The position numbers and the translations under genes were made by a program. DNA of 64,000 bases from an uncultured Actinomycetota bacterium (GTDB lineage Bacteria > Actinomycetota > Actinomycetes > JAHEKZ01): assembly GCA_963743915.1 (NCBI GenBank), contig CAVURN010000003.1, positions 224,001-288,000 on the forward strand, written 5' to 3'. Below are positions 19,511-30,470 of the stretch, piece after piece; the first letter of the stretch is position 1, and every line of letters starts with the position of its first letter. The notes under the pieces are model-generated. The model worked only from the letters and a program-made list of their open reading frames with translations. It ran no database searches and was not told the DNA's origin.

Positions 19511-20502
19511 AGGTCCTGGTGACCGGCGGGACCAGCCTGCTCGGAGCGGCAGTCGCCCAGCGACTCGTCGACCGCGGTGACAACGTCGTGACATTGCAGC
19601 GCGGTGAGGCGTCAGGAGGTTGGCTGCAGGCTCGCGGCGACATCCGCGATGCCGCGGCGGTGTCGAGCGCGGTTCGCGGTGCAGACGCTGTGGTGCATCT
19701 CGCCGCGAAGGTGTCCGTGACCGGGCCATGGCAGGAGTTCGAGTCGATCAACGTCGGCGGCACCGAGAACGTCGTGGCCGCGTGTCGCACGCACGGCGTC
19801 CGGCGACTGGTCCACGTGTCGTCGCCATCGGTCGCCCACGTCGGTGACCCGCTGATGGGCGCAGGCGCCGACCCCGCCGACCCCGAACGTGTCCACGGCC
19901 ACTACGCGCGCAGCAAGGCGAAGGCCGAGCAGCTGGCCCTGGCGGAGGCGGATGACGGGCTCTCGGTCGTGGCCGTGCGCCCGCACCTGGTCTGGGGTCC
20001 GGGCGACACCCAGCTGGTGGGACGCATCGTGGAGCGTGCCGCGTCCGGCCGGCTGGTGCTCATCGACGGCGGCACGGCGCTGATCGACACGACGTACCTC
20101 GACAACGCCGCCGATGCACTGGTTGCCGCCCTCGATCGCGCCGATGCCCTCAGCGGCCAGGCCTTCGTGGTCAGCAACGGCGAGCCACGCACCGTCGCCG
20201 AGCTGCTCACCCGGATCTGTCGCGCCGCAGGTGTGCCGGAGCCGACCAGGTCGGTGCCGCGCGCGCTGGCGTCCGGTGCCGGGTTCGTCGTGGAGCGGGC
20301 GTGGACGGCGTCCGGACGCCACGAGGAGCCGCCGATGACACGCTTCCTGGCCGAGCAGCTGTCGACGGCGCACTGGTTCGACCAGCGACGCACCCGCGAG
20401 GCCCTGCAGTGGACGCCACGGGTGCCGCTCGCCGAGGGTTTCGCCCGGCTCACCACCTACTTTCGACGCCAGACCGCCACGGTCACGCCGCAGGACGGGT
20501 AA
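19507..20502 (+). CDS. oleD: OleD 2-alkyl-3-oxoalkanoate reductase (extended SDR)
   Basis: VLVTGG, HLAAKV, VSSPSV, YARSK, RPHLVWGPGD; GTGA overlap with oleBC. Confidence 0.88.
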   Translation: MKVLVTGGTSLLGAAVAQRLVDRGDNVVTLQRGEASGGWLQARGDIRDAAAVSSAVRGADAVVHLAAKVSVTGPWQEFESINVGGTENVVAACRTHGVRRLVHVSSPSVAHVGDPLMGAGADPADPERVHGHYARSKAKAEQLALAEADDGLSVVAVRPHLVWGPGDTQLVGRIVERAASGRLVLIDGGTALIDTTYLDNAADALVAALDRADALSGQAFVVSNGEPRTVAELLTRICRAAGVPEPTRSVPRALASGAGFVVERAWTASGRHEEPPMTRFLAEQLSTAHWFDQRRTREALQWTPRVPLAEGFARLTTYFRRQTATVTPQDG

Positions 20503-20524
20503 TCCTGGCGCCCTGGCGTAGGAA
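20461..20524 (+). repeat. REP-like palindromic repeat family 1, copy A
   Basis: 56/64 identical to the reverse complement of the copy within 40754-40829. Confidence 0.8.
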
Positions 20525-20551
20525 TCGGTGCGGCACAATGGCCCCGTTCCA

Positions 20552-20639
20552 GGAGGGTTGGCAGAGCGGCCGATTGCACTCGCCTTGAAAGCGAGCGATG
20601 CGCGAGCATCCGGGGGTTCAAATCCCTCACCCTCCGCCA
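20552..20639 (+). tRNA. tRNA-Ser(TGA)
   Basis: GGAGGGTTGGCAGAGCGG...CTCGC CT TGA AA GCGAG...GGTTCAAATCCCTCACCCTCCGCCA. Confidence 0.97.
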
Positions 20640-20672
20640 TCGTCCAGCGTCCAGACCGTACTCAGCGAACGA

Positions 20673-21128
20673 TCAGAGCGTCTTGGCGTAGCAGCGGTTC
20701 TGCGGCTCGTTGCGGTAATGCCCAAACCCGGGGATTCGCTCGTAGCCACTGGTCTCGTACAGGTGCATCGCCTCAGGCTGCCCGAGGCCGGTCTCCATCA
20801 GGGCGCGTGAGAAGCCCAACGTCCGAGCCTCCTCCTCGACCAGGGCGAGCAAGTCGCGTGAGTAGCCGCGTCCACGGAACGGCCGTCGCACGAACATGCG
20901 TTTGACCTCGACGTCCGATTCCGACCTCCGACGCATGCCCGCACACCCCACCACCTCGCCGTCGCGATAGACGAGAAGGAACGAGCCAAGGGGTGGGGCA
21001 AAGTCGTCGGGATCGACCGGCGTCTCGTCGCGTCCGCCATACCTCAACACGTACTCCTCCTGCAGCTCCTCGATCAGCTGCTGCGCGAGGGCCGAGTCGT
21101 AGCGCACCCGCTCGAGCGTGAAGGTCAC
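20673..21128 (-). CDS. GNAT family N-acetyltransferase
   Basis: EVKRMFV, FRGRGYS acetyl-CoA loop, ETG..QPEA..LY...GY. Confidence 0.88.
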   Translation of the reverse strand: MTFTLERVRYDSALAQQLIEELQEEYVLRYGGRDETPVDPDDFAPPLGSFLLVYRDGEVVGCAGMRRRSESDVEVKRMFVRRPFRGRGYSRDLLALVEEEARTLGFSRALMETGLGQPEAMHLYETSGYERIPGFGHYRNEPQNRCYAKTL

Positions 21129-21165
21129 CGGACCACGGTAGCTACGCACCCCTACGCTGACGGTC

Positions 21166-21843
21166 ATGGCCCCGCGTCCACTGTCCGAGCTGGTCGACGC
21201 GTCGTGGCTTCCCGCCCTCGAGCCCCAGGCCGACACCATCGCCGCGGTCGGAGCCTTTCTGCGCGCGGAGATCGCGGCGGGACGCGGCTACCTGCCGGCC
21301 GGCGAGAACGTGCTGCGCGCGTTCCGTACCCCGCTGGACGCGGTACGCGTGCTGATCGTCGGACAGGACCCTTACCCCACACCCGGTCATGCGGTCGGGC
21401 TGTCGTTCTCGGTGGCTCCCGAGGTGCGGCCGCTGCCCAAGAGCCTGGCGAACATCTTCACCGAGTACGTCGACGACCTCGGCCTGCCCTACCCCAGCAC
21501 AGGCGACCTTTCGCCCTGGGCAGCGAAGGGGGTGATGCTGCTCAACAGGGTCCTCACCGTGCAGCCGGGTGCGCCGGCGTCCCACCGCGGCAAAGGCTGG
21601 GAGCAGGTGACCGAAGCGGCCATCGCGGCACTTGCGACGAGGGGCGGTCCCCTGGTGGCCGTCCTGTGGGGGCGCGACGCCCAGGGCTTGGCCCCGATGC
21701 TGGGCGACGTCCCGCAGGTCGCCAGCGTCCACCCGAGCCCACTGTCGGCGTCCCGCGGCTTCTTCGGCTCGCGGCCGTTCAGCCGGGCCAACGCGGCGCT
21801 CACGGCGCAGGGTGGGGAGCCCGTGGACTGGCGACTGCCCTGA
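21166..21843 (+). CDS. ung: uracil-DNA glycosylase (family 1)
   Basis: [32 protein letters not shown]. Confidence 0.96.
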   Translation: MAPRPLSELVDASWLPALEPQADTIAAVGAFLRAEIAAGRGYLPAGENVLRAFRTPLDAVRVLIVGQDPYPTPGHAVGLSFSVAPEVRPLPKSLANIFTEYVDDLGLPYPSTGDLSPWAAKGVMLLNRVLTVQPGAPASHRGKGWEQVTEAAIAALATRGGPLVAVLWGRDAQGLAPMLGDVPQVASVHPSPLSASRGFFGSRPFSRANAALTAQGGEPVDWRLP

Positions 21844-21937
21844 CCTGACGGTTCTCGGCCTCACGCGACGACGCCCCGAGTGAGTGGTGGTCGATGCCGC
21901 GGACGGGTCGTCGACGACGCTGTCGTAGCCTGCGCGT

Positions 21938-22639
21938 GTGAAAGCTCTGGTGATCGCCAACTCCGGTGACGACGACGCGGGTCACGTCGGGGACCGTCTG
22001 CGGCAGCGCGGTTTCGAGCTCGCGGTCTTCCACCGGGACGGGGCGGGTGACATCGACCTCGACGGCGTCGACCTCGTCGTGCTGCTCGGTTCCGACTGGT
22101 CGGTCTACTGGGAGCGGGTCAGCAACCACGTCGACCGCGAGTCCGACGCCGTTCGTCGCGCTGCCGACGCCGACCTCCCCCTGCTCGGAATCTGCTACGG
22201 CGGACAGCTGATGTCGCACGCCCTCGGCGGCTCGGTCGAGCCGGCACTCCGCACCGAGATCGGCTGGTTCGACGTGCAGTCACAGGACGCCGAGCTCGCG
22301 CCGCCTGGTCCGTGGTTCGAGTACCACGTCGACAAGTTCACCCCGCCCGCGGACGCCGAGGTGTTCGCCTCGACCGAGGCGGGGCCGCAGGCGTACCGGC
22401 TCGGCCGGATGCTGGCGCTGCAGTTCCACCCCGAGGTGTCGACCGAGATCATCCGCCGGTGGGGGCGGGACGCCGCCGCCGATGCCGAGAAGCATGGGGT
22501 CGACCTCGAGGCGGTCTACTCCCAGAGCGAGCAGCTGGCCGAGCAGAACCGACGGCGCTGCTTCGCCCTCGTGGACGCCTTCCTCGAGCGAGTCGCCTTC
22601 CCCCAAGGTCTGCCGAGCGCGGCCCTGGGTGACACCTGA
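21938..22639 (+). CDS. type 1 glutamine amidotransferase-like protein
   Basis: LGICYGGQ and QFHPE catalytic triad motifs. Confidence 0.9.
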   Translation: MKALVIANSGDDDAGHVGDRLRQRGFELAVFHRDGAGDIDLDGVDLVVLLGSDWSVYWERVSNHVDRESDAVRRAADADLPLLGICYGGQLMSHALGGSVEPALRTEIGWFDVQSQDAELAPPGPWFEYHVDKFTPPADAEVFASTEAGPQAYRLGRMLALQFHPEVSTEIIRRWGRDAAADAEKHGVDLEAVYSQSEQLAEQNRRRCFALVDAFLERVAFPQGLPSAALGDT

Positions 22640-22654
22640 GCGCGTCCGCCGTGG

Positions 22655-23651
22655 TCAGACCGTGAGCTCACGGGTCAGGGAGAGAGTCGAGACGATCACC
22701 TTCATGCCCAGTCCCTCGTAGAGGCGCGTCGCGCCCGTGGCGTTGTTGGAGTCCACTCCCAGCTGCAGTGCGGTGCGTCCACGCCTGCGGTAGTCGTCAA
22801 AGGCGTTGAGCAGCAACGCCTTTGCGATCCCCTGCCCACGCGCCCGCTTCAGGACGCCGAGCGAACGCACGTATCCGACCGTCGGCGTCGCCGCGGGAGT
22901 TGTCACCCAGCAGCATGCCCACAGGCTCACCGTCTCGATAGGCGAACCACCATGCCTCCGGGTCGTACTTCTCGGTACCGCGCCAGAACACCCGGAAGTC
23001 GTCGAACGACTGCTGCGAGCTGCCGTGGTGCTCGCTGAAAGCCTCGTTCTGCAGGTCGAGTGCGACTCGCAGCACGCCATCGTCGTCCGGGTCGACCCGA
23101 CGGATCTGCACCCCCGGAGGAAGGCTGAAGGTGTAGTCAGCGTCTGGCGTCAGCTCGACCGCCATGCGCCAGTAGAGGGCATCCACGGACAGCCCGGCCC
23201 GCTCGTAGGCCGCCCGCATCTGTGACTCCTGCTGGTAGATGCCGGCCTTCACCTGCGTGCCTGACCCCCCGCGCGCCACCACCGAAGAGCGGATCTGCTC
23301 GAGGCAGGTGGCCACCGTGGCATCGGCCACCGCATCGAAGTTGGTGGCCTCGAGGCGTGGATCGACGTAGACGTCCATCCACGCGTAGTCGTCGTTCTCG
23401 TCGAAACCCTGCGCGTAGACGACGACGTCTCCGTCGGCGCGCACTGCCACGACGGTGTCCCGCGTGATGTCGAAGCGGAGCCCGGTGAGGTCGTCGCGCA
23501 CGTCGGCCTCGGAGGCGTCCGGATAGCCCAGCAGGGCGGTCGTCACCCGACCGATGTGGGCCGTGATCGCCGGGACGTCGTCGAACGACGCGGCACGCAC
23601 CTCGTGGCCAGGGAGGACGCCGAGACAGCCTGCTGTGGTCCACCCGGTCAC
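22655..23651 (-). CDS. tandem GNAT acetyltransferase (frameshift near 22880)
   Basis: EAFSEHHG, LGVLKRARGQGIAKALL, LGVDSNNATGATRLYEGLGM across two frames. Confidence 0.8.
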
Positions 23652-23704
23652 CCTGACGGCACCCCCGCGGGTTGGCAAACCCATTTCTGGGGGAAGATGT
23701 CTTC

Positions 23705-24238
23705 ATGACGCAGCCGGACAGTGACGCCAACCGCATCGTGATCGTGGGACCCGACGGGGAGCCCGTGGGCGAGGTCGACTCCGACAGTGGTGACGGCCAG
23801 CAGTCGATCACCGAGCTCGTCGAGGAGCCCGGCAAGGTCATGCGGATCGGCACCATGATCAAGCAGCTGCTCGAGGAGGTGCGCAGCGCACCGCTGGACG
23901 AGGCGGGCCGGGCGCGCCTCAAGGAGATCCACCGGCGGTCGATCGCCGAGCTCGAGGACGGGCTCGCGCCCGAGCTGACCGAGGAGCTCGAGCGGATCTC
24001 GTTGCCCTTCACCGACGACGGCGTGCCCAGCGAGGCCGAGCTGCGGATCGCCCAGGCGCAGCTGGTGGGCTGGCTCGAGGGGCTCTTCCACGGGATCCAG
24101 ACCGCGCTGTTCGCCCAGCAGGTGGCGGCCCGCGCCCAGTTCGAGGAGATGCGCCGCCGCGCGGCGCTACCCGCAGGGTCCGGTCAGGAGATGCCGCAAG
24201 AGGCACCGGGACCCCGCAGCAGCGGCCCCTACCTGTAG
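23705..24238 (+). CDS. bpa: bacterial proteasome activator Bpa/PafE
   Basis: KVMRIGTMIKQLLEEVR, ELRIAQAQLVGWLEGLFHGIQ, C-terminal GPYL HbYX motif. Confidence 0.95.
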   Translation: MTQPDSDANRIVIVGPDGEPVGEVDSDSGDGQQSITELVEEPGKVMRIGTMIKQLLEEVRSAPLDEAGRARLKEIHRRSIAELEDGLAPELTEELERISLPFTDDGVPSEAELRIAQAQLVGWLEGLFHGIQTALFAQQVAARAQFEEMRRRAALPAGSGQEMPQEAPGPRSSGPYL

Positions 24239-24271
24239 GCCACACACTCGACGCGTTCCCGCGTCCACCAA

Positions 24272-25286
24272 CTACGCAGTCGGCGGGCTGTTCACCAGGT
24301 GGCAGGCGGCGTCGTGGGTCAGGTCGTGGGTGCCCACCCCGATGGGGATGCTCGGCGGCAGGATCGCCGGGCTGACCGTCGAGCAGGCGGTGAGGACGCC
24401 GGCGCGCTCGGCGACGCCGTCCCGGACCTCCTGGCACCGTGGGTGGAAGCGGCAGCCACTGGGGATCTTGGTGGGGTCCGGGGTCTCTCCCGTGAGCACG
24501 ATCTGCTCCATGCCGTGCATCTCGGGCACGACCGACAGCAGCGCCCGCGTGTAGGGGTGCTGAGGGTTGCTGAGCACCTCCTCGGTCGGACCTTGCTCGA
24601 CGACGCGGCCGAGGTACATCACCACGATCCGGTCGGCGATGTTCCAGGCCAGGCCGAGGTCGTGCGTGACGACGAGCAGGGTGAGCCCGAGCTCTTCACG
24701 GAGCTTCAGCATCAGCGCCAGGATCTCGCCCCGGACCGAGGCGTCGAGGCTGCTGACCGGCTCGTCAGCGATGATGACCTCAGGGTCGAGCGCCAGTGCG
24801 CCGGCGATCACCACGCGCTGTCGCTGACCACCGGAGAGCTCGTGCGGGTAGCGCAGGAAGAACCGCTCCGGCGGTCGCAACCCTGCCGCTGACAGGGCGC
24901 GACTGACGCGACCCGTCTCGTCCTCCATGCCGTGCGTCCGCGGACCTTCGGCCACCGCCTCGTACACCGAGTGACGCGGGTTCAGCGACCCGGTCGGGTC
25001 CTGCAGCACCAGCTGCACGTGCTTGCGGTAGGCCTTGAGTCCGCGTCCGCTGTACGTTCAGGGGTTCACCGTGGAAGCGCACCTCACCCGACGCCGGCTT
25101 CTCCAGCCCGAGGATCGTCCGCGCGAGGGTGGTCTTGCCGCAGCCCGACTCCCCCACCATGGCGACGATCTCGCCCTTGCGGATCGCCAGGTTGACCCCG
25201 TCGACAGCCCTGGCGGTGCCACCCTCGCGACCAGCGAACGTGACGTGCAGGTCGTCGACCTCGACCACGGTGTCCGTCGTGGTCAT
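24272..25286 (-). CDS. oligopeptide/dipeptide ABC ATPase (OppF-like), frameshift near 25050
   Basis: GESGCGKT, YPHELSGGQRQR, ADEPVSSLD, HPYT, GCRFHPRC. Confidence 0.88.
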
Positions 25287-25311
25287 GGGGAGTGGTCCTC
25301 GGCGGCGGCGG

Positions 25312-26297
25312 TCACGGGGCGACAGCTCCTTCGTCGGCGTGGATGCACGCCACCTGACGCGCTGGGCCGAACGGTTCGAGCTCGACGTCGACCGTGGTGC
25401 ATTCGTCGGTGGCGCGGGGGCAGCGGGGGTGGAACGAGCACCCCGACGGCAGGTCACCGGGGAACGGGGGGTCACCGGGGAGCCCGGAGGGTGCGTACCG
25501 CGACGTGTCGTCACCGATCGTCGGGAACGCCCCCATCAGCGCTCGCGTGTACGGGTGGGCGGGTGCGGAGAAGAGCTCGTTGGCCGTTGCCTTCCTCGAC
25601 CACGCGGCCCGCGTACATGATGGCGATCCGGTCGCAGTTGGTCGCGAGCACCGACAGGTCGTGGCTGATGATGACCATCCCCATCGAGCGCTCGCGCGCG
25701 ATCCCCTTGAGCAGGTCGAGGATCTGCGCCTGCACCATGACGTCGAGCGCCGTCGTGGGCTCGTCGCAGAGCAGCACCTTGGGGTCGCAGGTCAAGGCCA
25801 GGGCGATCATGATCGCGCTGCTTCTGACCACCGGAGAGCTGGTGCGGGTAGGCGTTGGCGTGCCGGGCGGGCAGCCCGACCTGCTCGAGCAGCTCGCGCA
25901 CCTTGCGTTGGGCGGACGCCTCGGTGGCGCCCTTCTCGTGCAGCAGGATCGGTTCGGCGAGCTGCTTGCCGATCCGCTGGATCGGGTTGAGCGAGTGCAG
26001 GGCGCCCTGGAAGACGACCGCCGCCTCACCCCACCGCACGGCTCGCATGCGGTTCCACTTCATGTCGAAGACGTTCTCGCCGTCGACGAGCACCTCGCCC
26101 TCGACCGTGGCGCTCTTCGGGTAGAGACGCAGCACCGTCGAGATCAGGGTGGACTTGCCGCAGCCGGACTCGCCGGCAACCCCGAGCACCTCGCCGGCCT
26201 CGACCGCGAGGTTGACGCCGCGAACCGCCGGCACTGGTCCCTCGGCCGGGTGATAGGTGAGCGAGACGTCCCTCATCTCCAGAACGGCCACGGTCAC
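25312..26297 (-). CDS. oligopeptide/dipeptide ABC ATPase (OppD-like), multiple frameshifts
   Basis: GESGCGKS, YPHQLSGGQKQR, CDEPTTALDV, GCSFHPRC in successive frames. Confidence 0.85.
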
Positions 26298-27235
26298 TCA
26301 CTTCCCAGGCGCGGGTTCAGCACGACCTCGAGGGTACGGCCGATCAGGGTGAAGGCCAGCACGACCGCGATGACGCAGAGGCCGGGCGGCAGCAGGAACC
26401 ACCACGCACCGCGCAGCGCGGCGCCTGACGTAGTCCGCGCTGTCGAGCATGCTTCCCCAGGAGATCTGCGTTGGGGTCCAGCAGCCCGAGGAAGCCCAGC
26501 ACCGTCATCGACAGGATGACGATGGCCACCGTCAGCGTGGTGTTGGCGATGACCAGCGGCGTGACGTTGGGCAGGACGTGCCGCGTCATCTGCTTCCAGT
26601 CGCTGTTGCCGAGCACCTTGGCCCGCTCGATGTACGGGCGGGCTTCGACGCTCAGCGTCTGGGCCCGGACCAGGCGGGCCGTTCCGGGCCATGACGTGAC
26701 CCCGAGGACGAGCACGGTGATCCAGATCGACGTCTGCCCGAGCACCGCCTGCAGCACGATCACCAGCGGGACGAAGGGCAGCACCAGGAACCAGTCGGTG
26801 AGGCGTTCCATGGCGGCGCCGAAGAGTCCGCGGAAGTGACCGCTGGCGATGCCGACCAGGGTGCCGATCACCATCGCGATCAACGACGCCAGGATGCCGA
26901 TGATCAGTGACGGGCCGCGCGCCCCAGGCGAGCTCGGCGAGCACCGAGCGCCCGAGGTCGTCGGTTCCCAGCCAGTAGTAGAACTCCCCGCTCGGCGGGC
27001 GCCAGGTCGTCGTTGGCCAAGGTTCTCGTTCGGGTCGAGCAGGGAGTCGGGAAAGATCAGCGGCGCAGCAAGCGCCACGACGATGAAGAACAGCAGGATG
27101 CCGACGCCGAGCATGCCGGTGCGGTGCTTGGCGAAGGTCTGGGCGAAGCGCGGCGACGGCAATGCGACGACGCTTCCACGCGATCGATCGCGGCGACGCG
27201 AAGCACTGGCGGCTCGAGCGTCGGTCGGCGCTCAT
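26294..27235 (-). CDS. peptide ABC permease (OppC-like), multiple frameshifts
   Basis: WLGTDDLGRS, YIERAKVLG...RHVLPN, WWFLLPPG, NPRL. Confidence 0.85.
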   Translation of the reverse strand: MSADRRSSRQCFASPRSIAWKRRRIAVAALRPDLRQAPHRHARRRHPAVLHRRGACCAADLSRLPARPEREPWPTTTWRPPSGEFYYWLGTDDLGRSVLAELAWGARPVTDHRHPGVVDRDGDRHPGRHRQRSLPRTLRRRHGTPHRLVPGAALRPAGDRAAGGARADVDLDHRARPRGHVMARNGPPGPGPDAERRSPPVHRAGQGARQQRLEADDAARPAQRHAAGHRQHHADGGHRHPVDDGAGLPRAAGPQRRSPGEACSTARTTSGAALRGAWWFLLPPGLCVIAVVLAFTLIGRTLEVVLNPRLGSE

Positions 27236-28291
27236 ACGCCGGATCCTCGGGTCGATCGACCGCGATGACGAGGTCGGCGATGATGTTGAAGACGATCACC
27301 GAGACGCTGAAGAGCAGGAAGAGCGCCTGCAGCAGCGGCAGGTCCTGCGCCTGCACCGCGTTCCACGTCAGCAGACCCAGCCCCGGATAGGAGAAGACCG
27401 TCTCGACGGTGATGGCACCGCCGATGATGAAGCCGATGTTGAGGAAGATCAGGGTGATGGTCGGCAGCGAGGCGTTCGGCACCGCGTGACCGCGTCGGAT
27501 CGCGCGGTCCATCAGCCCCTTGGCTCGCGCCGTCATCAGGTAGTCCTGCCCCAGCTCGTCCACCATCGAGGCACGCATGATGAGCGAGTAGTCGGCGAGG
27601 TAGACGGCGGCCAGCGCGCAGGCTGGCAGCACCGTGTGGAAGGCGATGCTGATCATGCCCTCGAGCGTCCACGGATCAAGCCCCGACGCCGATGCTGGAG
27701 CCACTCGGGAAGATGCCGGGGAAGGGCCCGATGCCGGTGGAGAAGACCAGGATGAGGATCAGGCCGAGCCAGAACTCAGGCGTCGCGTAGAGGAAGAGCG
27801 TGACGCCGGTCGAGATCTTGTCGAACCGGCTGCCCCGCGTTCCATCCCGCGCGGATGCCGATCCAGATGCCGATCACCGTGGCCAGCAGCGTGGAGGTGC
27901 CGAGCAGGATCAGCGTCCACGGCATCGCCTCGCCGATCACGTCCCAGACCGGCTTGCCCTGGATGGTGGAGAACGAGTCGAGCTGCAGCGGGTCCTTCAG
28001 GTAGTTGAAGAACTGCTCCCAGAGCGGGGCGTCGAGCTCCTCACGCAGCTTGGCGAGGTCCTCGGGGGAGATCTCCCGAGCGCCCTTGTAACGGGCGAGC
28101 GGGTCGCCGGGAAGCATCTGGAACATGAAGAAGTTCACGACCAGCACGAACGCGAGGGTCCCGAGACCGGTCAGCAGCCGGCGTCCCGTGAACCGTCCCA
28201 GACCCGACACCCGCGACGGGCGCTGGACCCGACCGTCTTCGGTCGGGTCCAGCGCGCCGGCGGAGGTTCCCCCAGGGTCAATCTGCGCCAC
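27232..28291 (-). CDS. peptide ABC permease (OppB-like), multiple frameshifts
   Basis: LPGDP, DYLMTARAKGL, HAVPNA, ETVFSYPGLG, DLPLLQ. Confidence 0.85.
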
Positions 28292-28294
28292 CCG

Positions 28295-30160
28295 CTACTC
28301 CACGTCGGCGCCGCTGCCACGGCGACCACGTGTCGTCAGCCAGACGATGAGCCCCACCAGCACGGCTGCCGCGGCGACGCCACCCACGATCAGTGCGGTG
28401 TTCGTCTCGTCCGAGCCGCCGAACCACCCGAGTCGCCGGTCACCGGCTCGATGTTCAGGTACGAGTAGATGCCGTACTGGAACAGGATCGCTCCGTTGTC
28501 GGACGGCTGCTCGACGAACCCGGTGTACCGGTCGCTGCGGTACGCCTGCAGGTAGTCGTAGTACTCGGTGACGATGTAGGCGTTGGCGTCGTAGACCATC
28601 TGCTGCATCTGCTTGACGATCTCGGCGCGGGCGTCCCGGTCGATCTCGATCGCCTGGTCCGCGTAGAGCTGGTCGTACTCCTCGTTGCAGTAGAAGCTGT
28701 CGTTGAGGCCGGCCCAGATCTTGCCGCTCTTCGACTCGTAGCTCATCTGGTCGCAGGTGAAGACCGAGGTCTGGTAGTCCGGGTCAGGCTCGACCACCCA
28801 GCCCCACTCGTACATGTCGAACGTTCCGTCACCTGCGATGCCGTACAGCCGTCCCTCGGACACCGACTCGGCGTTGGAGTCGATGCCGATCGCCTCCAAC
28901 CAGCCCTGCAGCAGCTGGATCGTCGTCTGCGACGTCTTGGAGTTCTGCCGCGAGTACAGCTGGTAGACGAGCGGGTCCGAGCCGTCAGGCATCGTCCGGA
29001 TACCGTCCGGTCCCTTGCGTGTACCCGGCGTCGTCCAGCAGCTGGTTGGCGTAGTCGGGGTCGTAGGTGATCGGGTCTTCGATCGTCAGGTGGAAATCGC
29101 TGTAGATCGGCGGGATGAACGTGTCACCCGGGCTGCCCCGGCCGTTCAACGTGCGGTCGACCAACGCCTCCTTGTCGATCGCGTAGTGGATCGCCTCACG
29201 GACGACCGGGTCCTTCAGCGACGGGTGGCCGTTACCGATCGGCGTGCCGTCCGTCAGCTGCGCACCACCGTTGAAGGTGAGGTAGTTGAAGCCGGAGTAC
29301 TGCGAGGACTTCGCCGTGATGTTGTCCTCGCCCTCGAGCGTGTCGAAGAGGTTGGCCTCGACGTCGTCGGCGAAGTCGATCTCACCGTTCTGCAGCGCGG
29401 TGACCAGTCCGTTGTCGTTCTGGTAGATCTTGAACTCGACGCCGTCGATGTTCGGCGGGCCGCCCCAGTAGTCCTCGATTGGTCTCGAACCGGTAGTACT
29501 GGCCCTTGACCGCGTCGGTCATGATGAACGGCCCGGAGCCCACCATGCCCGGAGGGTCGGAGTCGGGCTCGTTGGTGTACTTGCGCGAGCTCGTCGGCGT
29601 CGATCTCGCTCCAGATGTGCTCGGGCAGGATCGGCACCGCAAGGTTGTTCATGATCGGCGAGGGTTCTTTGATGGTCATCTCGACGGTGTAGTCGTCGAC
29701 CGCCTCGACCGTCTCGATGTTCTTGACGTAGCTGCCGTAGTTCGTGCGTTCGATCGACTCACCCTCGATGATGCGGTTGAAGGTGTAGACCACGTCGTCG
29801 GCCGTCAGCGGCTCGCCGTCGTGGAAGGTGGCGTTGTCGACGAGGTTGTACGTCCAGGTCAGGCCGTCCTCGGACGACTCCCACGACTCGGCGAGCCGCG
29901 GCACCGGCGAGAAGTCCTCGGCGCTGTAGCCGGTCAGCGTAGTCGTAGGCCAGCGCCCACGACTCGTACGCGGCGACGGTGATGCCCTTGAAGGGGTTGA
30001 GGTTGTCGACGTCCTGCAGCACACCGACGACGAAGATGTTCTTGCCGTCCTGCTCGAGTGCCTGGGCCTGACCCCCCAGTGTCGCCATCGGCAGCATCGC
30101 CGCCACCAGCGCTGTGCTCGCCACGGCCCCGATCCGCAGGCTCCTCCGCGTCCTTGCCAT
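28295..30160 (-). CDS. peptide ABC substrate-binding protein (family 5) with C-terminal membrane anchor, multiple frameshifts
   Basis: signal peptide, LNPF, PRLAESWESSEDGLTWTY, FHDGEPLTADDVVYTF, GSGPF, C-terminal TM. Confidence 0.85.
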
Positions 30161-30470
30161 GCCTGATCCCTCCTGGCCCCGCACCCTGCGGTGGCCATGG
30201 CAGCCGCACCGGCGGTCGAAGATCCCTCCCTCCCGTCCCTCTCCGGACGGGAGATCTTCCGGTCAAAGGCCCTGCTCGCCGCACGTCGTCCGGCGGAAGG
30301 GCCTCTGTCCACACCCAGCGGTGCCTGCTGCGCTGGTGGGGAACGTAAGGGATGATCGCGGCACCCGTCTACCGTTTGTGACCGAACCGTGTCGGCTCCT
30401 CCCACCCGCCCGCCGGGCGGTCGCTACCCTCGCCGGACGCTTCCGCACTCGTGGACCGCGGGGAGGCACG

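Noticed and set aside
20640-20700. Genomic island at tRNA-Ser(TGA)
   Set aside because: No integrase, no duplicated tRNA 3' end noticed, and no compositional shift downstream.
24272-30160. Programmed frameshifting or phase variation in the opp operon
   Set aside because: The indels are numerous, not at slippery or long homopolymer sites, and affect unrelated neighbouring genes; assembly error is more likely.
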